The notes beneath the pieces were generated by a model. The model worked only from the letters and a program-made list of their open reading frames with translations, was not told where the DNA came from and ran no database searches. The position numbers and the translations under genes are program-made. Shown piece by piece: positions 21,251-32,150 of a stretch of DNA of 64,000 nucleotides. Numbering within the stretch: the stretch's first letter is position 1; each line of letters begins with the position of its first letter. Source of the DNA: Promethearchaeota archaeon (GTDB lineage: Archaea; Asgardarchaeota; Lokiarchaeia; Sigyniarchaeales; SOKP01); contig JAHPZA010000010.1 of the NCBI GenBank assembly GCA_019058445.1, forward strand, positions 576,001-640,000. The letters run 5' to 3'.

Positions 21251-22447
21251 TTATTTCTGGCTATCGACTAATTCTACAAAATGCAGGGCGATTTTCGTAG
21301 CTTTTGCAATAGATTCTCCTGAAAGATTTTCTGGAATATCGTTTACCGTATGCCAATCAGTCGGGGTTCCCTTCTTTGAAATACCAAACATAGTTGCGGC
21401 ATGAAGCCCTTTTCGTGAGAAATTTGCTGCGTCACTACCAGCAAATTTTAAAGGACCAATTTCGACTGGAACTTCTAAGTCGTCCGCTGCTTTTTTAGCT
21501 ATTTGGATCACTTTAGTTGAATGTTTTGCTAAAAACATTGTTTCTGCTGTAGCTAATAAAAAAGAATCTGCACTTAGACACTCCAAATTAAACAACATAG
21601 CTTCGCGATCACTAAGTTCTTGTTTATATTTTGATACAAATCGTTTTGACCCTCTCATATGCTCTTCGCCGGCAAAACTTACAATCCATAATTCCGTTTC
21701 TTTTAGTTTGTTATTGGCAAAATACTTACCACATTCAAGTGCAGCTGCCACAGCTGTTAAATTATCGTTAGCACCCATAACAACTGTATTTGAACGTAAA
21801 AATTTTGCTAAAATTAGTATTAATACACTTCCAATCGCAAATAGTATATATTGAAAGAGATCTATTGACAAAAGCATGCTCTGGGAAAATCCAATAATAA
21901 CAAAGACAGTTTTAACTATTCCCAATATGATATTCAATAAAGCAATAATCAAAACCAGAATTATTAAAATCGCAGATTTGCTACCAAGCTTACTCAATAT
22001 GGGGAATGTGTAAGCTGAATCATGATGACCTGCCAGTAAAACTAAATTTTTGGGAGTTGTTTGGGGTTTAATTTTTCCAATAACATGAAATGACTTTTTT
22101 TTTGGAAAAAGAAAATCAACTACTTCCATTAACAGAATTTGTTGGATAAAAAAGATAGCAATTCCTAAAAATATTAAAACACTCGAAAGAAGAGGAATAA
22201 AAAAGTAGCTTATTACCCCTAAAATATATAATACTGCGGTTACCCAGATCCAATCTAAAAATCCTCCAGGGTGGCATTCAAACTCAAGTCTTTCTACACC
22301 ATCACAAAATGTAGCCATTGTGTCAAAAATAATGTTTCCTGCTTTACTTTCAGCTTCAGAACCTCCTATTCTTGGACCTGCTTCATCACAAATCATTTGA
22401 ATGAACTTCAACATGTCTTTTCCTGATGGATCAATCTTTTCTACCAT
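21251..22447 (-). CDS. M28 family peptidase with transmembrane inserts (paralog)
   Basis: GPRIGG, GHHDS, GANDNLT, GEEH, GSD, WHT..D. Confidence 0.88.
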   Translation of the reverse strand: MVEKIDPSGKDMLKFIQMICDEAGPRIGGSEAESKAGNIIFDTMATFCDGVERLEFECHPGGFLDWIWVTAVLYILGVISYFFIPLLSSVLIFLGIAIFFIQQILLMEVVDFLFPKKKSFHVIGKIKPQTTPKNLVLLAGHHDSAYTFPILSKLGSKSAILIILVLIIALLNIILGIVKTVFVIIGFSQSMLLSIDLFQYILFAIGSVLILILAKFLRSNTVVMGANDNLTAVAAALECGKYFANNKLKETELWIVSFAGEEHMRGSKRFVSKYKQELSDREAMLFNLECLSADSFLLATAETMFLAKHSTKVIQIAKKAADDLEVPVEIGPLKFAGSDAANFSRKGLHAATMFGISKKGTPTDWHTVNDIPENLSGESIAKATKIALHFVELVDSQK

Positions 22448-22550
22448 ATTCTTTATCTCATTTTATAATATTATTTTTAATAAAATTATAATTATGACAC
22501 ATTTTAGATTGTTATTGATGATAAAAAATCTTTTTTTTTTCTTTTTGAAT

Positions 22551-23990
22551 TTAACCATTATGTATAACTCTACGTTCAAGCAGATTATTAAGATAATTTT
22601 CTAACAATTCCTGGAGCACAGAATTATAAGAAGGTTCTTTTACAAGATTAGTTAATTCATTAGGATCTTCTTTTAGATCATATAACTCTGAAGGTCTGCG
22701 ATTATTGGATTTTACTGCCAATTTATAACGTTTGGTACGAACCATAGAAAACCCGTGAACTTCACTAAATATGGCATCTTTTCCTCTTTGAACATCATGT
22801 CCATTAGGGCCCTCCTCAATTTGAGGAATAAGAGTACGACCATCACTTTTATTTAAAGTTTTAGCTCCAGCGATATCGATGAGAGATGCTGCGATATCAA
22901 GGTGATCAGTTAGTATATTACATTTCCAGCCTTTAATACCTCCGGGAGGTCGGAAAATACATGGAATACGTAATGCTCCTTCATAGAAGACTATTTTATG
23001 ACTCATCATATGGTCACCAAGCATTTCCCCATGATCCGAATTATAAATTATCCATGTATTATCAAGTAAACCCTTTTCTTCCAAACTTTTCATAATTTTT
23101 CCAATATATTCATCAATTAAAGTGATTTTAGCATAGTAAAAAGTTTTAAGAAGCTGATTTTGGGCTGGTGTCATTCCTTTCAGTCCACTCCATTTAAGTA
23201 CCATTCTACTATTGGAAGGAATAGGTTTTTGTGGCCATTCTAAAATTCCTACCGGCATATCTTCAGGGTTATAGAGGGCTCTATATTTTGCTGGAGAATC
23301 AAATGGATCATGTGGTCCAGGAAATAATATTTGAAGATAAAATGGTTTTTTACTATTATAATTTTGGATCCATTCCACGGCTTTTCTCCCAGTATAGCTA
23401 TCTAGATGATCCTCAGCAGGTAACGGACATGGTGGTTCCTCCCAAGGCTTAGCTTGCCCCCGAGACCATTGAGTAAAATAATTAATCATGTATTTTCTAT
23501 GGGTTCTTAATAATCCCTTTTCTTTTAGATAATCAGTATAAGGTGAATCATTCACAATGGTTGCGATAGGTCCGGTCAACTCATGTGTATCTACAAAACC
23601 CCAATCTTCTAATATTCCGATTTTATCTTTAGTGTGTCGTGAATTTTGACGCCTTTCCCCCCTTTCTCCATGGACCCAAAGATGAGTTTTGCCAATAAGA
23701 GCCGTATGATATCCTGCATCACGAATATTGCGCACATGACTAGGTCCACAAGGATTCGCTTCAAGAAAATTCGTCCATACTCCGTGTTCATTGACATATT
23801 TTCCAGTCATCATGGATGCTCTGGCAGGCATACAAAGAGGAGAATTAGTACAACATCGAGTAAAATTAACTCCTTCAGAAGCTAATTTATCCAAATTTGG
23901 AGTTATAACTGCAGGATGTCCTACTGAACCTAAAGTGTCGCCGCGATGCTGATCTGAAAAAATATAAATGATATTTGGTTTTTCTGCCAT
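22551..23990 (-). CDS. Sulfatase (formylglycine-dependent, choline-sulfatase-like)
   Basis: PNII.IFSDQHR, CMPARAS (CxPxR), GKTH, PHDPF, SDHGEMLGDH, ELYDL..DPNE. Confidence 0.93.
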   Translation of the reverse strand: MAEKPNIIYIFSDQHRGDTLGSVGHPAVITPNLDKLASEGVNFTRCCTNSPLCMPARASMMTGKYVNEHGVWTNFLEANPCGPSHVRNIRDAGYHTALIGKTHLWVHGERGERRQNSRHTKDKIGILEDWGFVDTHELTGPIATIVNDSPYTDYLKEKGLLRTHRKYMINYFTQWSRGQAKPWEEPPCPLPAEDHLDSYTGRKAVEWIQNYNSKKPFYLQILFPGPHDPFDSPAKYRALYNPEDMPVGILEWPQKPIPSNSRMVLKWSGLKGMTPAQNQLLKTFYYAKITLIDEYIGKIMKSLEEKGLLDNTWIIYNSDHGEMLGDHMMSHKIVFYEGALRIPCIFRPPGGIKGWKCNILTDHLDIAASLIDIAGAKTLNKSDGRTLIPQIEEGPNGHDVQRGKDAIFSEVHGFSMVRTKRYKLAVKSNNRRPSELYDLKEDPNELTNLVKEPSYNSVLQELLENYLNNLLERRVIHNG

Positions 23991-24207
23991 AATTTATCAA
24001 ACGTTGTACAATATTTTTTTGCACTAAGTAAATTAAAATTACAGTATATTTTGAATTAATGAATTAAGAAAGATAAAAAAGAATTTAGCACTCAAAGGGT
24101 TAAAAGAATCTCATGACATCTATTTATAATACAATCCAACTCTAAAATAATAGTAAACACATATACTGATTTTTAAAGTAGAAAAAATACGTAATATCTC
24201 ATTTTTA

Positions 24208-27132
24208 TCAAAAAGAGATTTCAAAAGAACAGATTTCAAATTTTCCAATTTCAAAGGTTAAAATACCGCTACTTTGATTCCAATCAAGATTATCTTCAAT
24301 TTTCCTTTCTAATAAATCAATCGCTTTAATTTTAGATATTTTATTTGAATAGTTTTCATTAAATTTCACTTTAACGTTTGAAGAAACTCCAGAAACTTCA
24401 ATAAATCTAGCAATGATAGTTTCATTTTTGTCCCATTCGTTCTTTTTTAATGCCCCTAAAAACACATTTGGAGTTAAGATTTCTAAAATTGGGTTACTTG
24501 AATTTATGTTACTCTTCTGGTTTTCATTTGTGTTTTTTCCAGGAATGATCATAACTGGTTTGTTAAATTCTTCGGCTTTTTTTTTAACACTTAAGTTAGG
24601 AGTTCCATCTGAATTTACTAATGCTCCTCCATGATGTGGGAATAGGGCATAACGGCATTTAAACGGTCCAAGACCACTATATTCGGGAACTTTATGGTTA
24701 AATAATCTTTCATTTTCAGTTCTTTCTAAATTTACCCATGCTTCTGGTGCGGGAAGGGGATATCGACAAGCACGCAACATGGTAAGCCTCATATCACCGC
24801 CATTTACATCAAAGGCATATTTACCCTCATTGAGTAATGCTAAACCCCATTTGTTATCAGGAGTACTAATATCAAAATACTTATGGCAGATTTTTTCATA
24901 ACGCGCCTTATCACATGGAATCTCTGGATTAGTTTTAAATTGAATGGCACAATACATGCCATCAGCAGTAGCAATTTCTGCGTTTACAGAAGTGCTATAT
25001 AATATCTTTAGCATAATATCTTTTTGTTTCCAATCTGTTATGTATTCTAAGAAAATTTCTTTACAATCCTTAAATAATGTTATTTTTTGGACAACGGGGC
25101 TAATACCTAATGTCCTAGAAATCTCTAAAGTGCAAAATATAGGGCCTACTTCAGAAATCATTATTTTAACATTTTTCTCATTTGAGAGATCTATTGGATG
25201 TTCCCAATATTGAGGAAATAAATTCCAGGCATGACGCGTAATATGTTCATTATCAAGATAACCAAATGTTAGATTTGAGAATTCACCTTTAAATAAGTTT
25301 CTTCCATTATTTATGCTCTTAGTGATTAGTTTGATGATAGCTCCGGTTTTTGGATTGAGTTCAATGGTAATATTCTGATTTGACATCGAGTGCTTCGAAA
25401 CGGTAAAAGGATTCTTAATCTCTAGTTCCTTGCTTGATGTATCGGATAAAATCGTTAATTTTGCCTTCGTTAAACTTAAAGGCTTCAACTTAATTATAGT
25501 CCACCATCCTGCAGGTATTTGGTCGATTGACTCTTTTTGTTCGGCAGCAATTGGTTGGCAAATATATTCATTAGATTCACCATTTAATATTTTTAATCTG
25601 GCATAATTTGGTTTGCCATCTTTGCTCCTTATGAGGTTTTCTTTAAAAACACTAATAGGAATAAAGACTTTTGATTTTCTTTCCCATGAAACCGGATTAA
25701 AAAGATAAATCTCCACAGTATTTTGGACACGTTCAGAAGGAGGATTTGCTACTAAATGTTCTCCAATATTATCTATTATACTTTCGATAATTTTTTCTTG
25801 CTCATTCCAATCATCCCACACCTCATCATATACCTCAGGAATAGAACTACCAGGTAAAACATCGTGAAATTGATTTTTAAGAGTTATTTTCCATAATGAT
25901 TCTAATTTATTTAATGGATATTTATATTTCGGATTTAGTAAGGATGTTAAAACCGAGAGACTTTCTAGGGAAACAATAATATTTTCATACTTTCGATTAA
26001 GTCTTTTTACTTCTGCATGATTTGAAAAACACCCTCTATGAGTTTCTAAATAAAGCTCATCATTCCAAACAGGAAAGTCTTTTGAGCATTTTTCAAGTTC
26101 TTCGAAAAACTCCTTTACTGTACTCCATTTAAACACAGGATGTTTGGCAAATTCATTAGCAGTTGCTACTTCTTTATGAGTAGGACCGTGTCCTCCATCA
26201 CTTAACCCCAAAAAACATCCTACATGTGGACAAATTTCATCTGATACATGGTCCTCTAATTTACTATAATCTTTAGTATAATCCCAAACTTTTCTTCCAT
26301 TTTTTGTAAGTAAATGTCTTCCAATTTGGTATTTTTCCCATGTTTCAAGGACTAGTAAAATTATTTGACAATAATCGAAATTCGAAGAAATTATTTGTGT
26401 TCCATCTGGTCCCTGCCACCAAAAGTTTACAAATGGAAAGACAGTGATTTGATTCCAAGTAAGCTTAGTTGTCCAGAAAAATTTCGCTCCAGATTTTACT
26501 AAAATCTGTGGTAATCCATAGTTGTAACCAAAAGAATCCAAGAACCATTCTACTGAAGGTAGTTTTCCAAAGTTATCTCGATAAAATCGCATACCATATA
26601 GCCGTTGTCTTATCATGGCTTCTCCAGAAGGCATCAGGCAATCGGGTTCAACATAAGATCCACCAACGAGTTCGATATTGCCCTTCTTAACTAATTCTTT
26701 AATTTGGTTAAATAACTCGGGATTATCTAGTTTAATCCATTCCAAAAGTAACGGTTCACTTAGGGCAAAATGAAAATCATCAGGGAACATTTTGGAGTGT
26801 AAAACTGCCTTAGCAAACGTCACTTGTGCTTTTTTTCTTGTTTGTTCAAATCTCCACATCCATGCACAATCAATATGGGATTGCCCTATTATATGAACTT
26901 GAATTTTATTAGGATCAGTGGTTTTTGAAATTTTACTTAAATAACGATTCAGCTTTTTATCTATTCTAATCTCCCTTTTTCCGCCAAGCCACTTTTCTAA
27001 AGTCTTTTCATTATCAAATTTAGGTTCTTCTAAGCCTGAGGTATCTAATCTTCTATTTCCTGAATAATGTCCAATTTTGTCGATAAAGTTATAGTCCATT
27101 TTCACCATTACTCCTAGATAATTTTTAGACAA
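24208..27132 (-). CDS. Alpha-mannosidase, glycoside hydrolase family 38
   Basis: SHIDCAWMW, W..DSFG, DGGHGPT, ELYLETHRG, QFHDVLPGSSI. Confidence 0.93.
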   Translation of the reverse strand: MSKNYLGVMVKMDYNFIDKIGHYSGNRRLDTSGLEEPKFDNEKTLEKWLGGKREIRIDKKLNRYLSKISKTTDPNKIQVHIIGQSHIDCAWMWRFEQTRKKAQVTFAKAVLHSKMFPDDFHFALSEPLLLEWIKLDNPELFNQIKELVKKGNIELVGGSYVEPDCLMPSGEAMIRQRLYGMRFYRDNFGKLPSVEWFLDSFGYNYGLPQILVKSGAKFFWTTKLTWNQITVFPFVNFWWQGPDGTQIISSNFDYCQIILLVLETWEKYQIGRHLLTKNGRKVWDYTKDYSKLEDHVSDEICPHVGCFLGLSDGGHGPTHKEVATANEFAKHPVFKWSTVKEFFEELEKCSKDFPVWNDELYLETHRGCFSNHAEVKRLNRKYENIIVSLESLSVLTSLLNPKYKYPLNKLESLWKITLKNQFHDVLPGSSIPEVYDEVWDDWNEQEKIIESIIDNIGEHLVANPPSERVQNTVEIYLFNPVSWERKSKVFIPISVFKENLIRSKDGKPNYARLKILNGESNEYICQPIAAEQKESIDQIPAGWWTIIKLKPLSLTKAKLTILSDTSSKELEIKNPFTVSKHSMSNQNITIELNPKTGAIIKLITKSINNGRNLFKGEFSNLTFGYLDNEHITRHAWNLFPQYWEHPIDLSNEKNVKIMISEVGPIFCTLEISRTLGISPVVQKITLFKDCKEIFLEYITDWKQKDIMLKILYSTSVNAEIATADGMYCAIQFKTNPEIPCDKARYEKICHKYFDISTPDNKWGLALLNEGKYAFDVNGGDMRLTMLRACRYPLPAPEAWVNLERTENERLFNHKVPEYSGLGPFKCRYALFPHHGGALVNSDGTPNLSVKKKAEEFNKPVMIIPGKNTNENQKSNINSSNPILEILTPNVFLGALKKNEWDKNETIIARFIEVSGVSSNVKVKFNENYSNKISKIKAIDLLERKIEDNLDWNQSSGILTFEIGKFEICSFEISF

Positions 27133-27332
27133 TAAATTGTTTCTTTTTATTATATTCTAAAAATTAAAATTAAGGAAATAAATTAAAAATTAAGCATTTA
27201 AGCATTTAATAAAAATCAATCTTTTAAAATGAAATAAGATTATACAATATCCTTATTAAAAATAAAGAGGATTGTTATAGAATATTGAAAAAGTGAAAAA
27301 TAAAATAACACCTTTAATTTATTAAAACTTGA

Positions 27333-28799
27333 ATGAGCATGTCGACTAAGGAAAAAATCATTAATCAGTTAAGAAAGGGATATTCCCCTATTGAGGCAGG
27401 TCCTAAGGAAAATATAAATAAAATTTATAAGAACTTTTTCAAGCCACGTGTCGATAAAAAGGATTTGGACTTTTTTTTCGAACTTTTTGATACTAATGAA
27501 TCAATTTTGAGAGCATGGGGTTTTTTGGGTATTCAAAACATACTAAAAGATTCGATCGTTTACGATGACGAAAAAAAAATGAAAGTTAAGAACGCTATTA
27601 TAGACTTGTTGAATGATAGAAGTGAAATTGATTATTTTGGGGGCTCAACTGAAATTCATACACCATTAAGAGAACATCATGTAAGAAGACTTTGTGAATT
27701 AGACCCCACTTTAATTTTTGAGCCTGTGTATGAGTATGTTCAATCGACAAAAGGTAAAATGGATGTCGTTATTGGAGATTTGCTGGAAAGAGTATTAGCA
27801 AAGGTTCCAAACTCACGAGTAGAGTCCTTGCTTTTAGAACAAACTAAAAATATAGATCGGAAAGATTTTGCATTAAAATCTACTATAATTAACGCTTTTG
27901 AAAATCTAGGTGAAACTCAACCAATTAAAAATAAGGAGGCAGTATTAACCATAATTAAAACCTACTTAAAAGATATTGAAGAAGAAATATTACAAGAAGG
28001 GAACAGCGAAGAAAAGAGAAAATTAGAAAAACTTCGGGAGAATTTTTTTAAAGTTGCTGCTGTATTAGACCTTAATTTAGAAAAAGAAACATTAGAGTTT
28101 TTAGATACTTTAACTCATCCTTATGCAGATCTGCCTATAATCGTTACTAAGTATAAAAATAATGATAAAATTAAATCAATCCTTTTAAATAAATTAAGCA
28201 ATACAAAAAATCCTAATTTTGTTAAAGATATTCTCTTATCAATTCTCGTCATAAAAGAAAAGATTGAGAATTGGAAAGATCTCGTTATAGATAGCATAAA
28301 TAAATATCAAATTATTGATGGGGATCTGATTGTAGAGATGGAAAAGGTTGATATCTATAATGAGGATATGTTAATTGAGTTCTTGAATAAAGGAGATAAA
28401 TGGCAGCTTGAATTTATTAGGGAATTTCTTGTGAATAATCCAGAAAAGCTTGATAATTGGTCAAAATTTCGTAATGAATTTATTTCTGTGCTAAAAACAT
28501 TTAAGGACCCTGAAGAAAGTTGGAGTATATATCCTAACCTCAAAGAGAAAAAGGAATTAGCCTTAAAAGTTCTTATTGATTTAGAGAAAAGAGATTTGAT
28601 TGAATATAGCCTCGAAAACTTTAAAAATCTAGAGGATGACAAATTAAGAAAACTCGCTTTATTTACGATTATAAAATTTGGTAAAGATGATGTCTTACTC
28701 CAATTGAAAAAATATTTAGAAACTGATAAAGAATCCTCTGATTTTTTTAAAAAGTTTTGGAGAAGTTTAGAAATCCGCGATATGCAATTCTACTATTAA
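27333..28799 (+). CDS. Hypothetical alpha-helical (HEAT-like) repeat protein
   Basis: 488-aa charged helical ORF; LRAWGFLG and LRKLALFTI HEAT-like segments. Confidence 0.55.
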   Translation: MSMSTKEKIINQLRKGYSPIEAGPKENINKIYKNFFKPRVDKKDLDFFFELFDTNESILRAWGFLGIQNILKDSIVYDDEKKMKVKNAIIDLLNDRSEIDYFGGSTEIHTPLREHHVRRLCELDPTLIFEPVYEYVQSTKGKMDVVIGDLLERVLAKVPNSRVESLLLEQTKNIDRKDFALKSTIINAFENLGETQPIKNKEAVLTIIKTYLKDIEEEILQEGNSEEKRKLEKLRENFFKVAAVLDLNLEKETLEFLDTLTHPYADLPIIVTKYKNNDKIKSILLNKLSNTKNPNFVKDILLSILVIKEKIENWKDLVIDSINKYQIIDGDLIVEMEKVDIYNEDMLIEFLNKGDKWQLEFIREFLVNNPEKLDNWSKFRNEFISVLKTFKDPEESWSIYPNLKEKKELALKVLIDLEKRDLIEYSLENFKNLEDDKLRKLALFTIIKFGKDDVLLQLKKYLETDKESSDFFKKFWRSLEIRDMQFYY

Positions 28800-28822
28800 A
28801 GCCAGATATTTTTTCTTAATTA

Positions 28823-29932
28823 TTGAAAATTATGAAATCTTTCAGAGATTTAATTAAAGAGGTTCATCAAAAAGGGATTTGTCAACAATGTGGAGGATGT
28901 GTAAGTTTTTGCAATTCTATTGAGCATGAAGTTATAGGATTTAAAAACCCTAACAAGCCTCCAGTTTATTTAAATAAGAATAAATGCCTTAGATGCGCAT
29001 TATGTTATTTAATTTGTCCACAAACTCATGCATTAGAAGCGGAAATCAATAAAACTTATAAATTTTCAAACTTTACGACAATGCCTTTAGGATCTTTCTT
29101 TAATTTATACTCTTGCCAATCTACAGATAAAGATTTTCTGCAATATGGCACTGATGGAGGAGTAGTAAACACAATAATCTATTATTTATTAGAAAAAGAA
29201 GTGATTGATGGTGCAATTGTTGCGAGGACGTTAGGCCCCTTTTCCAGAGAAGCTATAATTGCAGAAAATAAAGAAGATTTAATAAAAGCCTCCAGAATAA
29301 AATTAGATATATCCCCCCAGTTGGAAGAAATTCAAAAATTCCATACCTATACAAATTCACTTCCCAAATTGAATCAATATCGATTTAAAAAATTAGCTGT
29401 AGTTGGCACTCCGTGCCAAATTTATACTATTAGATGTATGCAGAACTTAGGAATTATGCCTTCTGAAAATATTGAGTTTTGTTTAGGACTTTTCTGTTAT
29501 GAAAACTTTTTTTTTGATAAAGCCCAAGTAGAGAATTTTGAAAAGGCTTTTAATGTGAAATTTAGGGATATTGAAAAAATAAACATCAAGGAAGATTTAA
29601 TTCTCAGTATAAAAGATACAGATTCTAGGAGTAGAAGTATCCATATTCCTTTTAATCAGCTAAATAAATATATGCGTGTAGCTTGCAATGCGTGTAATGA
29701 TTTTACTAATATATATGCAGATATATCCTTTGGGGGATTAGGTTCTCCCGATAAATATACTACAATCCTAACTCGATCTGAAAAAGGGAGAAGCATCATA
29801 TTAAAAGCGATAAAAGCAAAAAAAATAAAGTGTACTCATTTAAAGACTTCTGTCAAAGATAATGTGAAAGAACTAATTACTAAATATTCTATAAAAAAAG
29901 TTAAAAGAAGGGAGAATTTTTTTAAGTATTAA
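28823..29932 (+). CDS. Coenzyme F420 hydrogenase/dehydrogenase beta subunit family (FrhB/FdhB-like) with N-terminal ferredoxin
   Basis: CQQCGGCVSFC, CLRCALCYLICP, DGGVV, VGTPCQ, GLFC.ENF, C..C.DF...ADISFGG.GS. Confidence 0.9.
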   Translation: MKIMKSFRDLIKEVHQKGICQQCGGCVSFCNSIEHEVIGFKNPNKPPVYLNKNKCLRCALCYLICPQTHALEAEINKTYKFSNFTTMPLGSFFNLYSCQSTDKDFLQYGTDGGVVNTIIYYLLEKEVIDGAIVARTLGPFSREAIIAENKEDLIKASRIKLDISPQLEEIQKFHTYTNSLPKLNQYRFKKLAVVGTPCQIYTIRCMQNLGIMPSENIEFCLGLFCYENFFFDKAQVENFEKAFNVKFRDIEKINIKEDLILSIKDTDSRSRSIHIPFNQLNKYMRVACNACNDFTNIYADISFGGLGSPDKYTTILTRSEKGRSIILKAIKAKKIKCTHLKTSVKDNVKELITKYSIKKVKRRENFFKY

Positions 29933-29982
29933 AATCAGAGAGAAAAGATTACCATTAAAAATAAGATCGAAGAAGTTTTGTT

Positions 29983-30981
29983 ATGGTTCAATCAAAATTT
30001 AAGTTTTTTAATTGGAGAAAAAAAAACCAAAGTAAATTAAAAATTATCTTTCTAATTATAATCATTATAATTGGAACATCTATTGGGATATTGCTCATAT
30101 TATATTATTTAATTAATTATAAAAGACCTGAATTTGAGTTAGCCGATGAAAAAATTGATGACTTTGCTTATTGGATTGATGAAATTGATAAAAAACAGAT
30201 TAAAGACTCCAAATATGATTTAATTATTATTGACTATTCCGCAGATGGTTCTGAAGATGAAGAGTTTTCTGAAGATGATGTACAGTATATGAAATCCTCA
30301 GGAGATAAAAAAAAGTTGCTTTTATCATATATCAGTATAGGTGAAGCAGAGGATTATAGATTTTATTGGGAAGATTCATGGGATAATGATGAAGATGGTG
30401 AACCAGATAGCGGTGCTCCTGCTTGGTTAGATGAAGAAAATCCTGATTGGGGAGGGAATTATAAAGTAAAGTATTGGATGCAAGGCTGGCAAGACATTAT
30501 TTATGATTATTTAGATCGTATTATTGACGCCGAATTTGATGGAATATATATGGATCTTATTGATGCATATGAATATTATGAGGATGATTTTCCGAATTCC
30601 GATTGGTTAATGATTGACTTAGTTAGGAACATTTCTGATTATATTAAGTCATATCAAGGTAAAGATCTCTTGGTATTTGTGCAGAATGGTGAAAATTTGT
30701 TAAAAAACTCAATATATTTAGATCATATTGATGGAATTGGACGTGAGGATTTATTTTATGACGATGATGATATAACAGAAGAGGATGATCGTGAAGATTG
30801 TATTAAAAATCTAAATAAAGCTTTAAAGGAAGACAAAACAGTACTTATTATTGATTATCCAACTAATTGGATATACATTTATGATTTCTATCAAAATTGT
30901 GTTAATAATGGTTTTTTAGGTTATGCCACAAATAGGGAATTAGATAGCTTATATGAACATTGGTGTTTCCCCGCAACATAA
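29983..30981 (+). CDS. Membrane-anchored GH114-like endo-alpha-1,4-polygalactosaminidase (MJ1477/TM1410 family)
   Basis: N-terminal TM helix; SYISIGEAEDYRFYW, ENPDW.GNY.VKYW, FDGIYMD, QNG. Confidence 0.88.
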   Translation: MVQSKFKFFNWRKKNQSKLKIIFLIIIIIIGTSIGILLILYYLINYKRPEFELADEKIDDFAYWIDEIDKKQIKDSKYDLIIIDYSADGSEDEEFSEDDVQYMKSSGDKKKLLLSYISIGEAEDYRFYWEDSWDNDEDGEPDSGAPAWLDEENPDWGGNYKVKYWMQGWQDIIYDYLDRIIDAEFDGIYMDLIDAYEYYEDDFPNSDWLMIDLVRNISDYIKSYQGKDLLVFVQNGENLLKNSIYLDHIDGIGREDLFYDDDDITEEDDREDCIKNLNKALKEDKTVLIIDYPTNWIYIYDFYQNCVNNGFLGYATNRELDSLYEHWCFPAT

Positions 30982-31023
30982 CATAACCTCAAGGTTTAGA
31001 TATTTATTTGATAAATGAAGTTT

Positions 31024-31161
31024 TTATATAGCTATTTGAACCGCATATTGATGGATTTCTTTTTCTTCATTTAGATCCTTATCCTCATCAATAACATCAT
31101 AATCCATAAAATAACTTATTGGAACAAAAATAATATTCCTTATTATATCAAACAATAACAT
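31024..31161 (-). CDS. Putative small protein (45 aa)
   Basis: MLLFDIIRNIIFVPISYFMDYDVIDEDKDLNEEKEIHQYAVQIAI*, preceded by AAGGAGGG purine tract; below the ORF-track length cutoff. Confidence 0.45.
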   Translation of the reverse strand: MLLFDIIRNIIFVPISYFMDYDVIDEDKDLNEEKEIHQYAVQIAI

Positions 31162-31281
31162 TTCTTTCCCTCCTTGACTATTTTTTTGAATTTTAATATA
31201 ATTTAAAATTAAGTTTGATTTATTTACCTAAGATATAGCAAATGAGTAAAAAAAGCAGATTAATTCCTAATTAATAAAAAA

Positions 31282-32004
31282 TTGTTATTTTCTTATGTTA
31301 TTAAACATATTATAAATATAATGATAAATTCGGACAGGATTAAAGAGATTTTAACAAAAAAAGGAGCAGATCTTTGTGGCATAGCTCCTGTAGCTAGGTT
31401 TAAAGACGCTCCTAGTGGTTTTCACCCCCTTGATGTCTTTCCTGATTGCAAATCTGTCATCGTTTTCGCTTCATATTTTCCTTTAAGTACCCTTCAAGCT
31501 AAAACTAATTCACCTTATACTTTTATAAGAAATATGATGGTAGATAAATTAGACAAAATTTCTTTCCAATTATCTATAGAATTAGAAAAAGAAGGTGTTA
31601 TAGCAATTCCCATCCCATCCTCGGAACCTTACGATTATTGGGATTATGAGCGACAACATGGGAGGGGAATTATCTCCTTAAAACATGCAGGATTTCTCGC
31701 AGGACTTGGAATACTTGGCAAAAATACTCTTCTGATAAATGATGAATACGGAACTATGATATGGTTAGGAGCTAATCTTGTATCTATTGATCTTGAACCT
31801 GATCTTATCGCAACCTATCAGGCTTGTGTTTCTAAATGTACTTTATGCATTGATTCATGCCCTCAAAATGCGCTTGATGGATTAACTATTAATCAAAAAG
31901 CTTGTAGAGAAAAAATGTTTACATATTCTGAAGGTGGTGGTTTGGTTCTTTCATGCAATATCTGCAGAAAAGTATGTCCCCATCATGCGGGGCTCTACAA
32001 ATAA
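31282..32004 (+). CDS. Epoxyqueuosine-reductase-like / reductive dehalogenase-like 4Fe-4S protein
   Basis: GADLCGIA, SLKHA..LAGLG..GKN, C..C..CIDSCP, C.ICRKVCP; true start probably ATG at 31321. Confidence 0.8.
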   Translation: MLFSYVIKHIINIMINSDRIKEILTKKGADLCGIAPVARFKDAPSGFHPLDVFPDCKSVIVFASYFPLSTLQAKTNSPYTFIRNMMVDKLDKISFQLSIELEKEGVIAIPIPSSEPYDYWDYERQHGRGIISLKHAGFLAGLGILGKNTLLINDEYGTMIWLGANLVSIDLEPDLIATYQACVSKCTLCIDSCPQNALDGLTINQKACREKMFTYSEGGGLVLSCNICRKVCPHHAGLYK

Positions 32005-32150
32005 GAATTCAATAATTATTTTACCCAATATCAATTTTTTTCCAATTTTTACCGTACTTAGAGATAATGGATAAAAAAATTTAGATTTAAAAATTAAATG
32101 TTCACTCTATTTCTATATCCATTTTTTCGCATCACGCGGGAAACAATCGA

